Shown in pieces: positions 19,604 to 29,830 of a stretch of DNA of 64,000 nucleotides (position 1 is its first letter; each line of letters opens with the position of its first letter). The stretch is taken from the NCBI GenBank assembly GCA_034530615.2, contig JAVRCV020000041.1, positions 32,001-96,000 on the forward strand. The letters are read 5' to 3'. Under the pieces are notes generated by a model. That model made no database searches and was not told the origin of the DNA. It worked only from the letters and a program-made list of their open reading frames with translations. Source of the DNA: Aulosira sp. ZfuVER01 (GTDB lineage Bacteria; Cyanobacteriota; Cyanobacteriia; Cyanobacteriales; Nostocaceae). The position numbers and the translations under genes are program-made.

Positions 19604-20443
19604 ATGACAGCTATTGCGGGAAGTCGTATTCGTAGAAGCAAGTCGCAAAAGGCTCTCAATAAATTTTTCTGGAAAAAAATTGTTCCCCCAATAGTAGCAT
19701 TAGCTATTTTTCTGGTAATTTGGCAATTACTTTGTTTAAATCCCAACTTTAAGTTACCCGGGCCAATCGAAACATTTTCCGAAACTTGGGACCCTTTTAT
19801 AATTCATCCATTTTTTGATAATGGCGAAAGTGATAAAGGTTTAGGCTGGCAAATTCTCAGTAGTTTAGGAAGAGTTGGGTTAGGCTTCTCGCTCGCAACA
19901 GTTGTAGGAATTGCCTTAGGAATCCTCATTGGTGCGAACCAATTTGTTTATAATGCTGTCGATCCCATCTTTCAAGTATTACGAACTGTACCGCCTCTAG
20001 CGTGGCTACCTATTTCACTAGCAGCATTTCAACAAGCTAATCCCTCAGCGATTTTCGTAATTTTCATTACATCAATTTGGCCGATTATTATTAACACCAC
20101 AGTCGGCGTACAACAAATTCCTCAAGACTACATTAATGTGGCTAGGGTGTTACGTCTTAAAGGCGCAAAGTATTTCTTTAAAATTGTGTTTCCTGCCACT
20201 GTTCCTTATATATTCACAGGGTTACGCATTGGCATTGGTTTATCGTGGTTAGCAATTGTCGCCGCAGAAATGTTAGTAGGTGGCGTGGGTATTGGTTCCT
20301 TTATTTGGGATGCCTACAACACAACCACAGACACCAATTTGAGCGAGATTATTTTAGCTCTCATCTACGTTGGTTTGGTTGGCTTACTGCTAGATAGATG
20401 TGTGGGTTTTATCGCTAGCAAAGTTGTAGCAGAACAGAAGTAG
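19604..20443 (+). CDS. nrtB: Nitrate ABC transporter permease
   Basis: LRTVPPLAWLP, WLAIVAAEM, multi-TM profile. Confidence 0.95.
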   Translation: MTAIAGSRIRRSKSQKALNKFFWKKIVPPIVALAIFLVIWQLLCLNPNFKLPGPIETFSETWDPFIIHPFFDNGESDKGLGWQILSSLGRVGLGFSLATVVGIALGILIGANQFVYNAVDPIFQVLRTVPPLAWLPISLAAFQQANPSAIFVIFITSIWPIIINTTVGVQQIPQDYINVARVLRLKGAKYFFKIVFPATVPYIFTGLRIGIGLSWLAIVAAEMLVGGVGIGSFIWDAYNTTTDTNLSEIILALIYVGLVGLLLDRCVGFIASKVVAEQK

Positions 20444-20480
20444 TCAAAAGTCAAAAGTCAAGAGTCCAAAAGTCCAAAGT
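20442..20480. repeat. STRR heptamers (AGTCAAA-type)
   Basis: agtcaaa agtcaaa agtcaag agtccaa aagtcca. Confidence 0.7.
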
Positions 20481-20529
20481 AGATGATTGACTCTTGGCCA
20501 ATAACCAATTACGAATTACGAATTAACCA

Positions 20530-22509
20530 ATGGCTACCTTTGTAGAAGTCGATCACATTGACCGGATATTTGACCTACCAAATGGCGGCAAATATATTGC
20601 CCTGAAGAATATTGAATTGAAAATCCAACAAGGGGAATTTGTTTCCCTGATTGGACACTCCGGTTGCGGTAAATCTACTCTGCTCAATATCATTGCAGGT
20701 TTAGATAGAGCCAGTATTGGCGGTGTGACTTTAGAAGGACGAGAAATCAGAGATCCCAGTCCCGATCGCATGGTAGTTTTTCAAAACTACTCTTTGCTTC
20801 CCTGGTTAAGCGTTAGAGAAAACATTGCCCTGGCTGTGGATGAAGTCTATAAAAATCAACCCAAGGGCGAACGTCGGGGAATTGTCGAAGAACATATCGA
20901 GATGGTGGGACTGCGCCATGCAGCAAATAAACGTCCGAGTGAGTTATCTGGGGGGATGAAACAACGGGTAGCGATCGCGCGCGCCTTGGCTACCCGTCCC
21001 AAGTTATTACTGCTAGACGAACCCTTTGGGGCATTGGATGCCTTAACCAGAGGGAGTTTGCAAGAACAACTGATGAAAATTTGCAACGAACACAATGTTA
21101 CCTGTGTGATGGTGACACATGATGTGGACGAGGCATTATTGTTGAGCGATCGCATCGTTATGCTCACCAATGGCCCAGAAGCTCACATCGGGCAAATTTT
21201 GGAAGTTCCCATCCCTCGTCCGCGTCATCGTCTAGAAGTAGTCAAACATCCCAGCTACTACAACCTGCGGAATGAAATTATTTACTTCCTCAACCAACAA
21301 AAGCTAGCCAAGAAGCGCAAAGCACAGCAATCAGTAGCTACACCCCACCAAGGTTTAGAAAAAGTCAATCTCGAAATTGGCTTTATGCCTCTGACTGATG
21401 CGGCACCCCTAATCGTTGCCAAAGAAAAAGGCTTCTTTGCCAAGTACGGCTTAGAAAATATCGCTCTCCACCGTGCCACTAACTGGAAGGAAATCGCTAA
21501 AGGGGTTGTCAGTGGTGAATTAGATGCAGCCCAGATGCTTGCGGGAATGCCTCTAGCCTTGACTTTGGGTGCTGGTGACAAAAAGCCCATACCTGTAGTC
21601 AATGCCTTGAATCTCTCGCGTAATGCTAACGCTATTACCTTAAGCAAAAGGTTATATAGCCAAGGTGTGAGAAACTTGGCTGACTTGAAAGCAGCGATTA
21701 ATGCGGCTCCCGACCAAATCCTCACTTTGGGTATCGTTCATCCCACATCGATGCAGAACCTGATGCTGCGTTATTGGCTGGCGGCTGGCGGCATTGATCC
21801 CGATCGAGATGTCAGCTTGACTGTGATTCCACCAACGCAAATGGTTTCCGAACTGAAAGCCGGAAAAATTGATGGTTACTGTGCCGGAGAACCTTGGAAC
21901 TACCAAGCTGTTCACCAAGACTTAGGCTTTGTTGCCGCCACAGCTTTAGAAACTTGGTCAGGACAACCAAAAAAAGTGCTGGGAGTGCGGGAAGAGTGGG
22001 CGCAAAAGTATCCAGAAACCTATCTTGCCCTCGTCAAAGCGCTGTTGGAAGCCTGCCAATATTGTGACGACCTCCGCAACCGCGAAGAGATTCTCGAATT
22101 ACTCTGCCGTTCTGAATATCTGGATATCGATCCTGTATACGTCCGTCCAGGATTTATCGATCCCTACGATCGCGGTGATGGGACAGCACCTCAAGAACTT
22201 ACAGGCTACAACCAGTTTTACCTCAATCAAACCAACTATCCCAACCGCACCGAACTACTGTGGATGGTGACTCAACTAGCACGCTGGGGCTTGACACCAT
22301 TCCCTAAAAATTGGGTGGAAGTGATTGAAAGAGTGTGCCGTACAGACATCTTTGGTGCAGCAGCACGGGATCTTGGCTTGCTCGATATCGGAGAAGATGA
22401 CCCAATTCATTTGTTTGATGGTAAAGTTTTTAACCCTTCAGAGCCAATAGAGTATCTCAAAAGCTTAGAAATCAAGCGGCAGATACGTATTGAAGAGGTA
22501 TTTATTTAG
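20530..22509 (+). CDS. nrtC: Nitrate ABC transporter ATPase with C-terminal NrtA-like regulatory domain
   Basis: GHSGCGKST, LSGGMKQR, LLLDEPF. The C-terminal half resembles NrtA (GFMPLTDAAPL, GYCAGEPWN). Confidence 0.95.
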   Translation: MATFVEVDHIDRIFDLPNGGKYIALKNIELKIQQGEFVSLIGHSGCGKSTLLNIIAGLDRASIGGVTLEGREIRDPSPDRMVVFQNYSLLPWLSVRENIALAVDEVYKNQPKGERRGIVEEHIEMVGLRHAANKRPSELSGGMKQRVAIARALATRPKLLLLDEPFGALDALTRGSLQEQLMKICNEHNVTCVMVTHDVDEALLLSDRIVMLTNGPEAHIGQILEVPIPRPRHRLEVVKHPSYYNLRNEIIYFLNQQKLAKKRKAQQSVATPHQGLEKVNLEIGFMPLTDAAPLIVAKEKGFFAKYGLENIALHRATNWKEIAKGVVSGELDAAQMLAGMPLALTLGAGDKKPIPVVNALNLSRNANAITLSKRLYSQGVRNLADLKAAINAAPDQILTLGIVHPTSMQNLMLRYWLAAGGIDPDRDVSLTVIPPTQMVSELKAGKIDGYCAGEPWNYQAVHQDLGFVAATALETWSGQPKKVLGVREEWAQKYPETYLALVKALLEACQYCDDLRNREEILELLCRSEYLDIDPVYVRPGFIDPYDRGDGTAPQELTGYNQFYLNQTNYPNRTELLWMVTQLARWGLTPFPKNWVEVIERVCRTDIFGAAARDLGLLDIGEDDPIHLFDGKVFNPSEPIEYLKSLEIKRQIRIEEVFI

Positions 22510-22545
22510 TCAGGGGTCAAGAGTCAAGGGTCAAGAGTCAAGAGT
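22509..22545. repeat. STRR heptamers (GTCAAGR x5)
   Basis: gtcaggg gtcaaga gtcaagg gtcaaga gtcaaga. Confidence 0.75.
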
Positions 22546-22620
22546 AAACAGTTATTTATGTCGCCTCTGCGCCTCGGTGTGAGGCAATCATAAATCCATA
22601 CAGCAAAACTAGAAAATATC

Positions 22621-23460
22621 ATGCAAATAGTAAATAGAACTAATCAAAGCGAGAAATTACAAACACAGAAAGCAGAGAATTTTCTGGTGATTGAAGGTGT
22701 AAGCAAAATTTATCCAACTTCCGAAGGCCCTTACACCGTACTCGATGGAATTGACCTCAAAGTTCGCGAGGGTGAATTTATCTGTTTAATTGGTCACTCT
22801 GGCTGTGGTAAATCAACTCTGCTGAATATGGTTTCTGGGTTTAACACTCCTAGCGATGGAGTGGTTTTACTGCAAGACCAACCTATCACTGCACCAGGCC
22901 CAGACCGGATGATGGTGTTCCAAAACTACTGTCTACTGCCTTGGCTGAGTGTATTTGATAATGTTTACTTGGCTGTCGATGCAGTATTTCCCAAAAAGAC
23001 CCAGGCAGAAAAACGAGCCATAGTTAGAGAACATTTGGCAATGGTGGGACTGACAGAAGCTGCTGATAAAAAACCCAGTCAGATTTCTGGAGGGATGAAG
23101 CAGCGAGTTGCGATCGCCCGCGCCCTCTCTATTCGTCCGCAAGTTCTAATTCTGGATGAACCTTTCGGTGCATTAGATGCCATTACTAAAGAAGAATTAC
23201 AAGAAGAATTACTGCAAATCTGGCGGGATCATCAAGTCACCGTATTGATGATTACTCATGACATTGATGAGGCACTTTTCTTAGCCGACAGAGTTGTGAT
23301 GATGACAAACGGGCCTGCTGCTCAAATTGGTGAAATCTTAGATATTCCCTTTTCTCGGCCTCGGAATCGTCGCCGCATCATGGAAGACCCGGAATACTAT
23401 AATTTGCGGAACTACGCCCTAGACTTTCTCTATCGCCGCTTTGCTCATGAAGATGAGTAA
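22621..23460 (+). CDS. nrtD: Nitrate ABC transporter ATPase
   Basis: GHSGCGKST, ISGGMKQR, LILDEPF; operon position. Confidence 0.95.
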   Translation: MQIVNRTNQSEKLQTQKAENFLVIEGVSKIYPTSEGPYTVLDGIDLKVREGEFICLIGHSGCGKSTLLNMVSGFNTPSDGVVLLQDQPITAPGPDRMMVFQNYCLLPWLSVFDNVYLAVDAVFPKKTQAEKRAIVREHLAMVGLTEAADKKPSQISGGMKQRVAIARALSIRPQVLILDEPFGALDAITKEELQEELLQIWRDHQVTVLMITHDIDEALFLADRVVMMTNGPAAQIGEILDIPFSRPRNRRRIMEDPEYYNLRNYALDFLYRRFAHEDE

Positions 23461-23500
23461 AAGCAATGAGCAGCATTATTTGGCATCTAACTATGAAAGT

Positions 23501-23595
23501 ATGAATTTTGACGCATAGCTATGATGCCATTTTTACATTTATACCAGCAAAATGTAATTGCAGATACAAATCAACTTGCTATGTAATTCTAACTT
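23501..23595 (+). promoter_or_regulatory. Internal NtcA-activated promoter with upstream NtcB-like site, in front of nrtP
   Basis: ATGaattttgacGCAT (23501-23516); tGTAattgcagaTACa (GTA 23554, TAC 23567); N22; TAACTT (23590-23595). Confidence 0.8.
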
Positions 23596-23766
23596 TAGTT
23601 ATTAGCAATAATTGAGACACTCCCTGGAGGCTCACTAATAAGGGAGTAATAATTTCAGGCTTAGATCCAGTACCAATAAATAACAACAAATATCTGATTC
23701 GAGCAGGGTAATTCAACAATTATCCCTGTATTGTTCCGTGCAATTTTGTAATTGAGGAAACTTTGA

Positions 23767-25269
23767 ATGCTCAAAGGATTATTTTCATTCAGGGATCGCT
23801 ATCGTATCCTACATCAGACTTGGTTTGCCTTTTTTCTCACCTTTGTCTGTTGGTTTAACTTTGCTCCCTTTGCAACCACAATTGGTAAGCAACTACATTT
23901 AGCACCTGAGCAAATTAAAACTTTGGGCATCTGTAACCTTGCCCTCACAATTCCTGCACGACTAATTATTGGGATGTTGCTGGATCGTTTCGGCCCCAGA
24001 ATCACCTACTCAATCCTGTTAATGTTTGCTGCTGTTCCTTGTTTAGCAACAGCGCTATCACAGGACTTTAATCAATTAGTCATCAGCCGCTTGTTGATGG
24101 GAATTGTTGGTTCTGGATTCGTTGTTGGTATCCGTATGGTAGCCGAGTGGTTCCCCCCGAAAGAAATGGGAAGTGCCCAAGGTATTTATGGCGGTTGGGG
24201 TAACTTTGGTGCTTTTGGTGCAGAGTTTGCCCTACCAATGATTGCCGTTGCTACAAGCTTTTTAGCTGGTGGTGCTTCTAACTGGCGGTTCGCGATCGCT
24301 CTTACAGGTATCATTGCTGCTATCTACGGCGTGATTTATTACAACAGCGTCCAAGATACGCCTGCTGGTAAAGTCTACAAGAAACCCAAGAAAAATGGTG
24401 CTTTGGAAGTAACCAGCGTTAAAAGCTTCTGGGCAATGATTCTTTCAAATTTTGGATTAATTTTTGCCTTGGGTTTATTAGCTTGGCGCTTAGAACAAAA
24501 GAATATTCACTTTCTCAATCAAACCCAAATGTATTTGGCTTGGGTAGTGTTAGCAGGATTATTTGCTTATCAAACCTACAAAGCTTATCAAGTTAATAAA
24601 GAATTACTAATTGGCAAAAGAACCTACCCACCTGCTCAACGCTATCAGTTTAGTCAAGTTGCTTTACTTGAATTCACCTATGTTACTAACTTTGGTAGCG
24701 AGTTAGCAGCAGTTTCCATGCTCCCAGCCTTCTTTGAAAAAACCTTTGGTTTAGAGCATGTAGTAGCTGGAATGATCGCTGCTACTTATCCGTTTTTAAA
24801 CTTAATTTCTCGTCCCAGTGGGGGCTTAATTTCTGATAAATTTGGCTCACGCAAATGGACAATGACAATTATCAGTGCTGGTATTGGTGTTGGCTACTTG
24901 ATGGCACATTTTATTAGTAGTAGCTGGCCAATTCCTTTAGCGATCGCAGTCACTATGTTTGCTGCTTACTTTGCCCAAGCTGGTTGTGGTGCGACCTACG
25001 GCATTGTACCCCTAATTAAAAAAGAAGCCACTGGACAAATCGCTGGTAATGTCGGAGCTTACGGTAATTTCGGTGGCGTAGTATATCTGACAATTTTTAG
25101 CTTAACTGACGCATCAACACTCTTTAGCACAATGGGTGTAGCAGCTATAATTTGCGCTTTTATGTGTGGTTTCTTCCTTAAAGAACCGAAAGGATCTTTT
25201 GCAGGCGCACCTGAAGATGAATTATCAGAAACGTTAACACAAAAGCCTTCTGTTCTAGCTGAAGAATAA
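23767..25269 (+). CDS. nrtP: MFS nitrate/nitrite transporter (NarK/NRT2 family)
   Basis: About 12 TM segments; nitrate-signature-like GGWGNFG and GAYGNFGG; conserved Arg in IPARL and ISRPSGG. Confidence 0.92.
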   Translation: MLKGLFSFRDRYRILHQTWFAFFLTFVCWFNFAPFATTIGKQLHLAPEQIKTLGICNLALTIPARLIIGMLLDRFGPRITYSILLMFAAVPCLATALSQDFNQLVISRLLMGIVGSGFVVGIRMVAEWFPPKEMGSAQGIYGGWGNFGAFGAEFALPMIAVATSFLAGGASNWRFAIALTGIIAAIYGVIYYNSVQDTPAGKVYKKPKKNGALEVTSVKSFWAMILSNFGLIFALGLLAWRLEQKNIHFLNQTQMYLAWVVLAGLFAYQTYKAYQVNKELLIGKRTYPPAQRYQFSQVALLEFTYVTNFGSELAAVSMLPAFFEKTFGLEHVVAGMIAATYPFLNLISRPSGGLISDKFGSRKWTMTIISAGIGVGYLMAHFISSSWPIPLAIAVTMFAAYFAQAGCGATYGIVPLIKKEATGQIAGNVGAYGNFGGVVYLTIFSLTDASTLFSTMGVAAIICAFMCGFFLKEPKGSFAGAPEDELSETLTQKPSVLAEE

Positions 25270-25283
25270 TTTTATCAATATGA

Positions 25284-25339
25284 AACCACAGACAAATACA
25301 GAAAACACTTCAATCTTTATCTGTATACATCTGTGGTTT
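25284..25339. repeat. Imperfect inverted repeat in the nrtP-narB spacer
   Basis: AAACCACAGAcaaATACAGA...TCTGTATacaTCTGTGGTTT. Confidence 0.6.
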
Positions 25340-25432
25340 TAATTACCTCAATATCGGATTGATGTACACCATACGTATTTTTCCATCTGGCGCTGTGCTT
25401 GGTGTTGCAAAATCCCCAATAGGATAATTGCC

Positions 25433-27619
25433 ATGAGTGAATTTACCAAAACCCAATGTCCTTACTGTGGTGTTGGCTGTGGACTAGAAGTTTCGCCCCC
25501 AGCTCAACACGGCAAAGCAACTCATCGGGATAGTCAAGGAACTCCAATTTGGCGGGTGCGAGGAGACAAAGCTCACCCATCTAGCCAGGGTATGGTTTGT
25601 GTTAAAGGTGCAACAATCGCTGAGTCTTTGGATAAAAATAGACTGCATCATCCAATGGTACGAGACTCTTTAGATCAAAAGTTTCGTCGCGCCAGTTGGG
25701 ATGAAGCTCTCGATCTGATCGCGAAGCGGATTCAAACCGTGCGCGTTACCCAAGGGTCAGAAGCTATATGTATGTATGGTTCCGGTCAGTTTCAAACCGA
25801 AGATTATTACATTGCCCAAAAACTCATGAAAGGATGTTTGGGTAGTAATAATTTTGATGCCAATTCACGTTTATGTATGTCTAGCGCTGTAGCTGGATAC
25901 ATTCAAAGCTTTGGCGCTGATGGCCCACCTTGTTGTTACGATGACTTAGAGTTAACCGACTGTGCATTTTTAATTGGTACGAATACTGCTGAATGTCATC
26001 CAATAGTTTTCAATCGCTTGGCGAAGTACCACAAAAAAAATCGCAAAGTCAAAATGATTGTGGTCGATCCCCGACGCACACCCACCGCAGAAGCAGCTGA
26101 CCTCCATTTAGCCATACGTCCGGGTACAGATATCGACTTGTTAAATGGTATTGCTCATCTGTTAATGCGCTGGAACTATATAGAGCCTAGCTTCATTGAA
26201 GACTGCACCAGCAACTTTCCTGCTTACGCTGAAGTAATTCGTCACTATGCTCCAGACATAGTGGCGAATCGTTGTGGAATCAGCGTTGCAGATTTAGAAA
26301 CAGCCGCCCGCTATTGGGGTCAATCTCAAAGAGTGCTGTCTCTGTGGTCAATGGGTGTGAACCAGTCAAGTGAAGGTACAGCTAAGGTAAGAACGATTAT
26401 TAATCTGCACCTGATGACTGGACAGATTGGCAAACCAGGAGCCGGGCCTTTTTCTTTGACTGGTCAACCAAATGCGATGGGAGGAAGGGAAGCCGGAGGT
26501 TTAGCACACTTATTACCTGGTTATCGCTTGGTAAAAAACCCCCAGCATCGTGAAGAAGTTGAAGATTTGTGGGGACTGAAGCGAGGACAAATTTCACCCA
26601 ATCCCGGTTTAACAGCCTGGGATATGATTACTGGATTAGAAGATGGCACAGTGGGATTGCTGTGGATTGCTGCTACGAACCCAGCTGTGAGTATGCCAGA
26701 TTTGGAACGGACTAAAAAAGCATTGTTGCGATCGCCCTTCACTGTCTACCAAGATGCTTATTACCCGACAGAAACCGCTACTTACGCCCACGTCCTGTTA
26801 CCTGCTGCTCAGTGGGGTGAAAAAACTGGGGTGATGACCAATTCCGAACGCACAGTCACTTTATGTCCAGCATTCCGCGAACCACCAAGAGAAGCCAAAC
26901 CAGATTGGGAAATTTTTGCCGAAGTCGGTCGGAGATTAGGCTTTGAGAAAGAATTTGCCTTTGCCAACTCCGCTGAGGTCTATGCTGAATTTGTGCAACT
27001 AACTCGCCACCGTCCCTGTGACATGACTGCTCTTAGTCACGAAAAATTACAAGCACAAGGCCCCACTCAATGGCCTTGTTCTCAGGAGCAAAAATCAACT
27101 CAAGATTCTAAAAGACTTTATACAGATCTCCGCTTTCACACTCCTGATGGTCGGGCGCGCTTTGGAGCATATCACTCACGAGGTTTGGCAGAACCACCAG
27201 ATCCTAATTATCCCTTTGTGCTGACAACAGGAAGGCTTTACGGACATTGGCACACCCTAACCCGTACTGGTCGAATTGAAAAAATTCAGCAAATGCATCC
27301 CGAACCCTTCATTGAGATTCATCCTCGCGATGCGGCTGCTTTAGGAATTAGCGATAACCAGTGGTTAGAAGTGCGATCGCGTCGAGGTAAAGCAAAATTT
27401 CCGGCAAAAGTCACAAAAGCGATCGCTCCTGGCACAGTTTTTGTCCCTATGCATTGGGGTGCGCTGTGGGCCAATGAAGCTGAAGCTAATGCTCTCACCC
27501 ATCCCGAATCTTGTCCCGATTCATTGCAACCGGAATTAAAGGCTTGTGCAGTACAACTGACACCAATTTCTTTGGAAGTTACCCTCAAAAATTATCAACT
27601 CCAATCCTCACAATGGTAA
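25433..27619 (+). CDS. narB: Ferredoxin-dependent assimilatory nitrate reductase (Mo-bisPGD)
   Basis: CPYCGVGC...CVKG 4Fe-4S motif, [32 protein letters not shown]. Confidence 0.97.
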   Translation: MSEFTKTQCPYCGVGCGLEVSPPAQHGKATHRDSQGTPIWRVRGDKAHPSSQGMVCVKGATIAESLDKNRLHHPMVRDSLDQKFRRASWDEALDLIAKRIQTVRVTQGSEAICMYGSGQFQTEDYYIAQKLMKGCLGSNNFDANSRLCMSSAVAGYIQSFGADGPPCCYDDLELTDCAFLIGTNTAECHPIVFNRLAKYHKKNRKVKMIVVDPRRTPTAEAADLHLAIRPGTDIDLLNGIAHLLMRWNYIEPSFIEDCTSNFPAYAEVIRHYAPDIVANRCGISVADLETAARYWGQSQRVLSLWSMGVNQSSEGTAKVRTIINLHLMTGQIGKPGAGPFSLTGQPNAMGGREAGGLAHLLPGYRLVKNPQHREEVEDLWGLKRGQISPNPGLTAWDMITGLEDGTVGLLWIAATNPAVSMPDLERTKKALLRSPFTVYQDAYYPTETATYAHVLLPAAQWGEKTGVMTNSERTVTLCPAFREPPREAKPDWEIFAEVGRRLGFEKEFAFANSAEVYAEFVQLTRHRPCDMTALSHEKLQAQGPTQWPCSQEQKSTQDSKRLYTDLRFHTPDGRARFGAYHSRGLAEPPDPNYPFVLTTGRLYGHWHTLTRTGRIEKIQQMHPEPFIEIHPRDAAALGISDNQWLEVRSRRGKAKFPAKVTKAIAPGTVFVPMHWGALWANEAEANALTHPESCPDSLQPELKACAVQLTPISLEVTLKNYQLQSSQW

Positions 27620-27771
27620 GCTGCTAAATAGATTTTAAACAGGGAATTGATAATTAAATCCATAGTTAATAGTCAATAGTTACGATTCTTTTTTCTAATC
27701 CTCTAGATTTATCTATGGGATTTTTTTTATGTTTGACTGTTAATTTGAGACTGCAAATTAGGGTGTAGCAA

Positions 27772-28224
27772 ATGAGAAAACTCTTCAGACGAATGTTAGA
27801 CACTACCAAAGATGAAAAATTTATGCACCTCATTGAAAAAGTAGAGGTGATAGTTTCTAAGGTACTATCTTTGTTTATGGTATTGGTAATTTTGGTAGCT
27901 ATTTGGGATCTAGCAATCTTTCTATTCAGAGAATTATTTACCGCCCCATACGGTAAATTTAATAGTATATTATTTAAGGTTTTTGGTTTATTCTTAAATA
28001 TTTTAATTGCTTTAGAAATTTTAGAAAATATAACTGCTTATCTAAGAAAACATGTAGTTCAGGTTGAATTAGTAATTGTAACATCTTTAATTGCTGTTGC
28101 CAGAAAAATTATTATTCTTGACTTAGAAAAAGTCTCAGGAATTGATATCATTGGTTTAGGAATTGCCGTTTTAGCTCTTTCAATTAGCTATTTAATAATT
28201 CGTTTTAGTAATTCTCGAAATTAA
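27772..28224 (+). CDS. PsiE-family (phosphate-starvation-inducible E-like) membrane protein
   Basis: 4 TM; LIALEILENI...LIAVARKIIILD motif. Confidence 0.75.
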   Translation: MRKLFRRMLDTTKDEKFMHLIEKVEVIVSKVLSLFMVLVILVAIWDLAIFLFRELFTAPYGKFNSILFKVFGLFLNILIALEILENITAYLRKHVVQVELVIVTSLIAVARKIIILDLEKVSGIDIIGLGIAVLALSISYLIIRFSNSRN

Positions 28225-28300
28225 CCTTAAACATACAACTAACCTTTTCCATCGCATCTAGGAAGATGAGAAAGACTGGACAAGAAGGAGAAGAGAGAAA

Positions 28301-28388
28301 TAATACCAATTCTGCAAAAAATGCCTACAGATGTTGATGCGAGAACGTGAAGATTGATCTGTGGCGAGATTACAGAGAATCTGTATAA
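28301..28388. mobile_element. Degenerate MITE-like element
   Basis: Imperfect terminal inverted repeats ATACCAATTCT...AGAATCTGTAT with inner ACAGAT/ATCTGT; non-coding. Confidence 0.4.
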
Positions 28389-28535
28389 CTAATTGCTGTT
28401 ATCAGGGCAAATTTAACCCATATCTCTCATTGCCAACTGAATATTTCACCAAACCTGCCCCTACGGCTTATTACTTATTCCCTTCTTGACTATTGACTGT
28501 TGACTGTGGACTCTTAATAAATGACTAACTGACTA

Positions 28536-28997
28536 ATGACAAATAACAAAATCTTTTTTGAATTCGAGGCAGATTTCGTGGAATCTCTCCGTTGCATACC
28601 CATGCAGGTGCGCTACAAACTAGATACCAGTGGTATCAAACTCAAGTTGTCTGATTGGCATCAAATGTCTCAAGCTGAACGTGAAGCTTTAGTTGAATTA
28701 CCTTGCACTACAGAAACAGAAATTCAATCTTATCGGCAACATCTCGAACAGTTAATTTTAAACCTTACGGGTATACCAGCTAAACAATTACCAATTGAAC
28801 CCGATCCAGCATGGATGGACTCTAATAATATTCCGGTTAGTGTTCAAGAGCAAGCTCAAGAACTAGGTATCACTATCACAACTCAACAATGGAAATCGTT
28901 AACTTTTTTACAGCGGTTTGCGTTGATTAAACTCAGTCGTTCAGGGCATGAAAATAAAAACTTTTCCCAAGCAATCAAAGAATTTTGCCTGCTTTAA
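28536..28997 (+). CDS. narM: Nitrate reductase-associated maturation protein
   Basis: FFEFEADF..SLRCIPM.VR.KLD and LQRFALIKLSRSGHEN.N motifs; downstream of narB. Confidence 0.85.
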   Translation: MTNNKIFFEFEADFVESLRCIPMQVRYKLDTSGIKLKLSDWHQMSQAEREALVELPCTTETEIQSYRQHLEQLILNLTGIPAKQLPIEPDPAWMDSNNIPVSVQEQAQELGITITTQQWKSLTFLQRFALIKLSRSGHENKNFSQAIKEFCLL

Positions 28998-29197
28998 GAA
29001 TACCTGCGCCCATTTTCTGAAACACTCATAGGCTGAAAGCTCGGTTGCTCAACTTACAGAGCTTACCTGTGTGGGTTGAAATCCTTACAGCCTAAGCAGG
29101 TGGTCTTTTTTTGTATAGCGACATCCTTCTAGGGTGTCGGATTTTGGTAAAGGTTGTTATCTAAACCACATCTATTTTGAGAACCATAGTTTTAAAA

Positions 29198-29253
29198 GTA
29201 GTGGGAGCATCTTGCTCCCTGCTCTTCGTAGTGGGCAAAGATGCCCGCACTAC
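29198..29253. repeat. REP-like doublet
   Basis: GTAGT-GGGAGCAtctTGCTCCC ... GGGCAaagaTGCCC-gcACTAC: two hairpins bracketed by GTAGT/ACTAC. Confidence 0.65.
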
Positions 29254-29435
29254 TCCAGGTTAAAAAATGGACGAGGTTTAAATACCAATTTGAAATTTGT
29301 ATGATTTTCCCTAGCGTTAACGAAAATCCATAACACTTAGATTTTACTCCTTGCGGTTTCTAACCCAGAGGCGATCGCATAAATGTGGTCAAGACTACTA
29401 AATTATGTAATCAATTAACGTACATTGAATTTGCA

Positions 29436-29538
29436 CTAGTACAGTACAACAAAAGCAAAGATCCCATTAAACACAGTGCGAGACAAAAATAAAAGTTTTT
29501 TGACTTCTGAGTTTTGATTGCCTCCGCAGCAGTACCAA
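29436..29538. mobile_element. Degenerate MITE-like element (CTAGTAC-ended family)
   Basis: Begins CTAGTACAG, ends TTTGACTT...GCAGCAGTAC; same layout as 63825-63921. Confidence 0.45.
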
Positions 29539-29830
29539 TACAACCCAGTGGAATCAAGACACCATTCAAAGCTTACCAGCAGCGGATCACACAATTTTAA
29601 TGTTTAGGCAGCGAATTTCGGATTCCTGAGCAGAGAGTAAAGCTATAGTGTATTTAGCCATGCCGCAGTTACAGCAGTCAAAAATAGTATATGAACAAGT
29701 CTAGAGTTGAAATCCAGGTACGGCAGATAATTTTTGTGCACCACCCAAATGAGATTGCTGTAAATTGGTTAAGCTTAAGTTCTGATCCCAAAGTATTTTA
29801 ATAATTAGTTGAGACACGCACTCTAACTCG

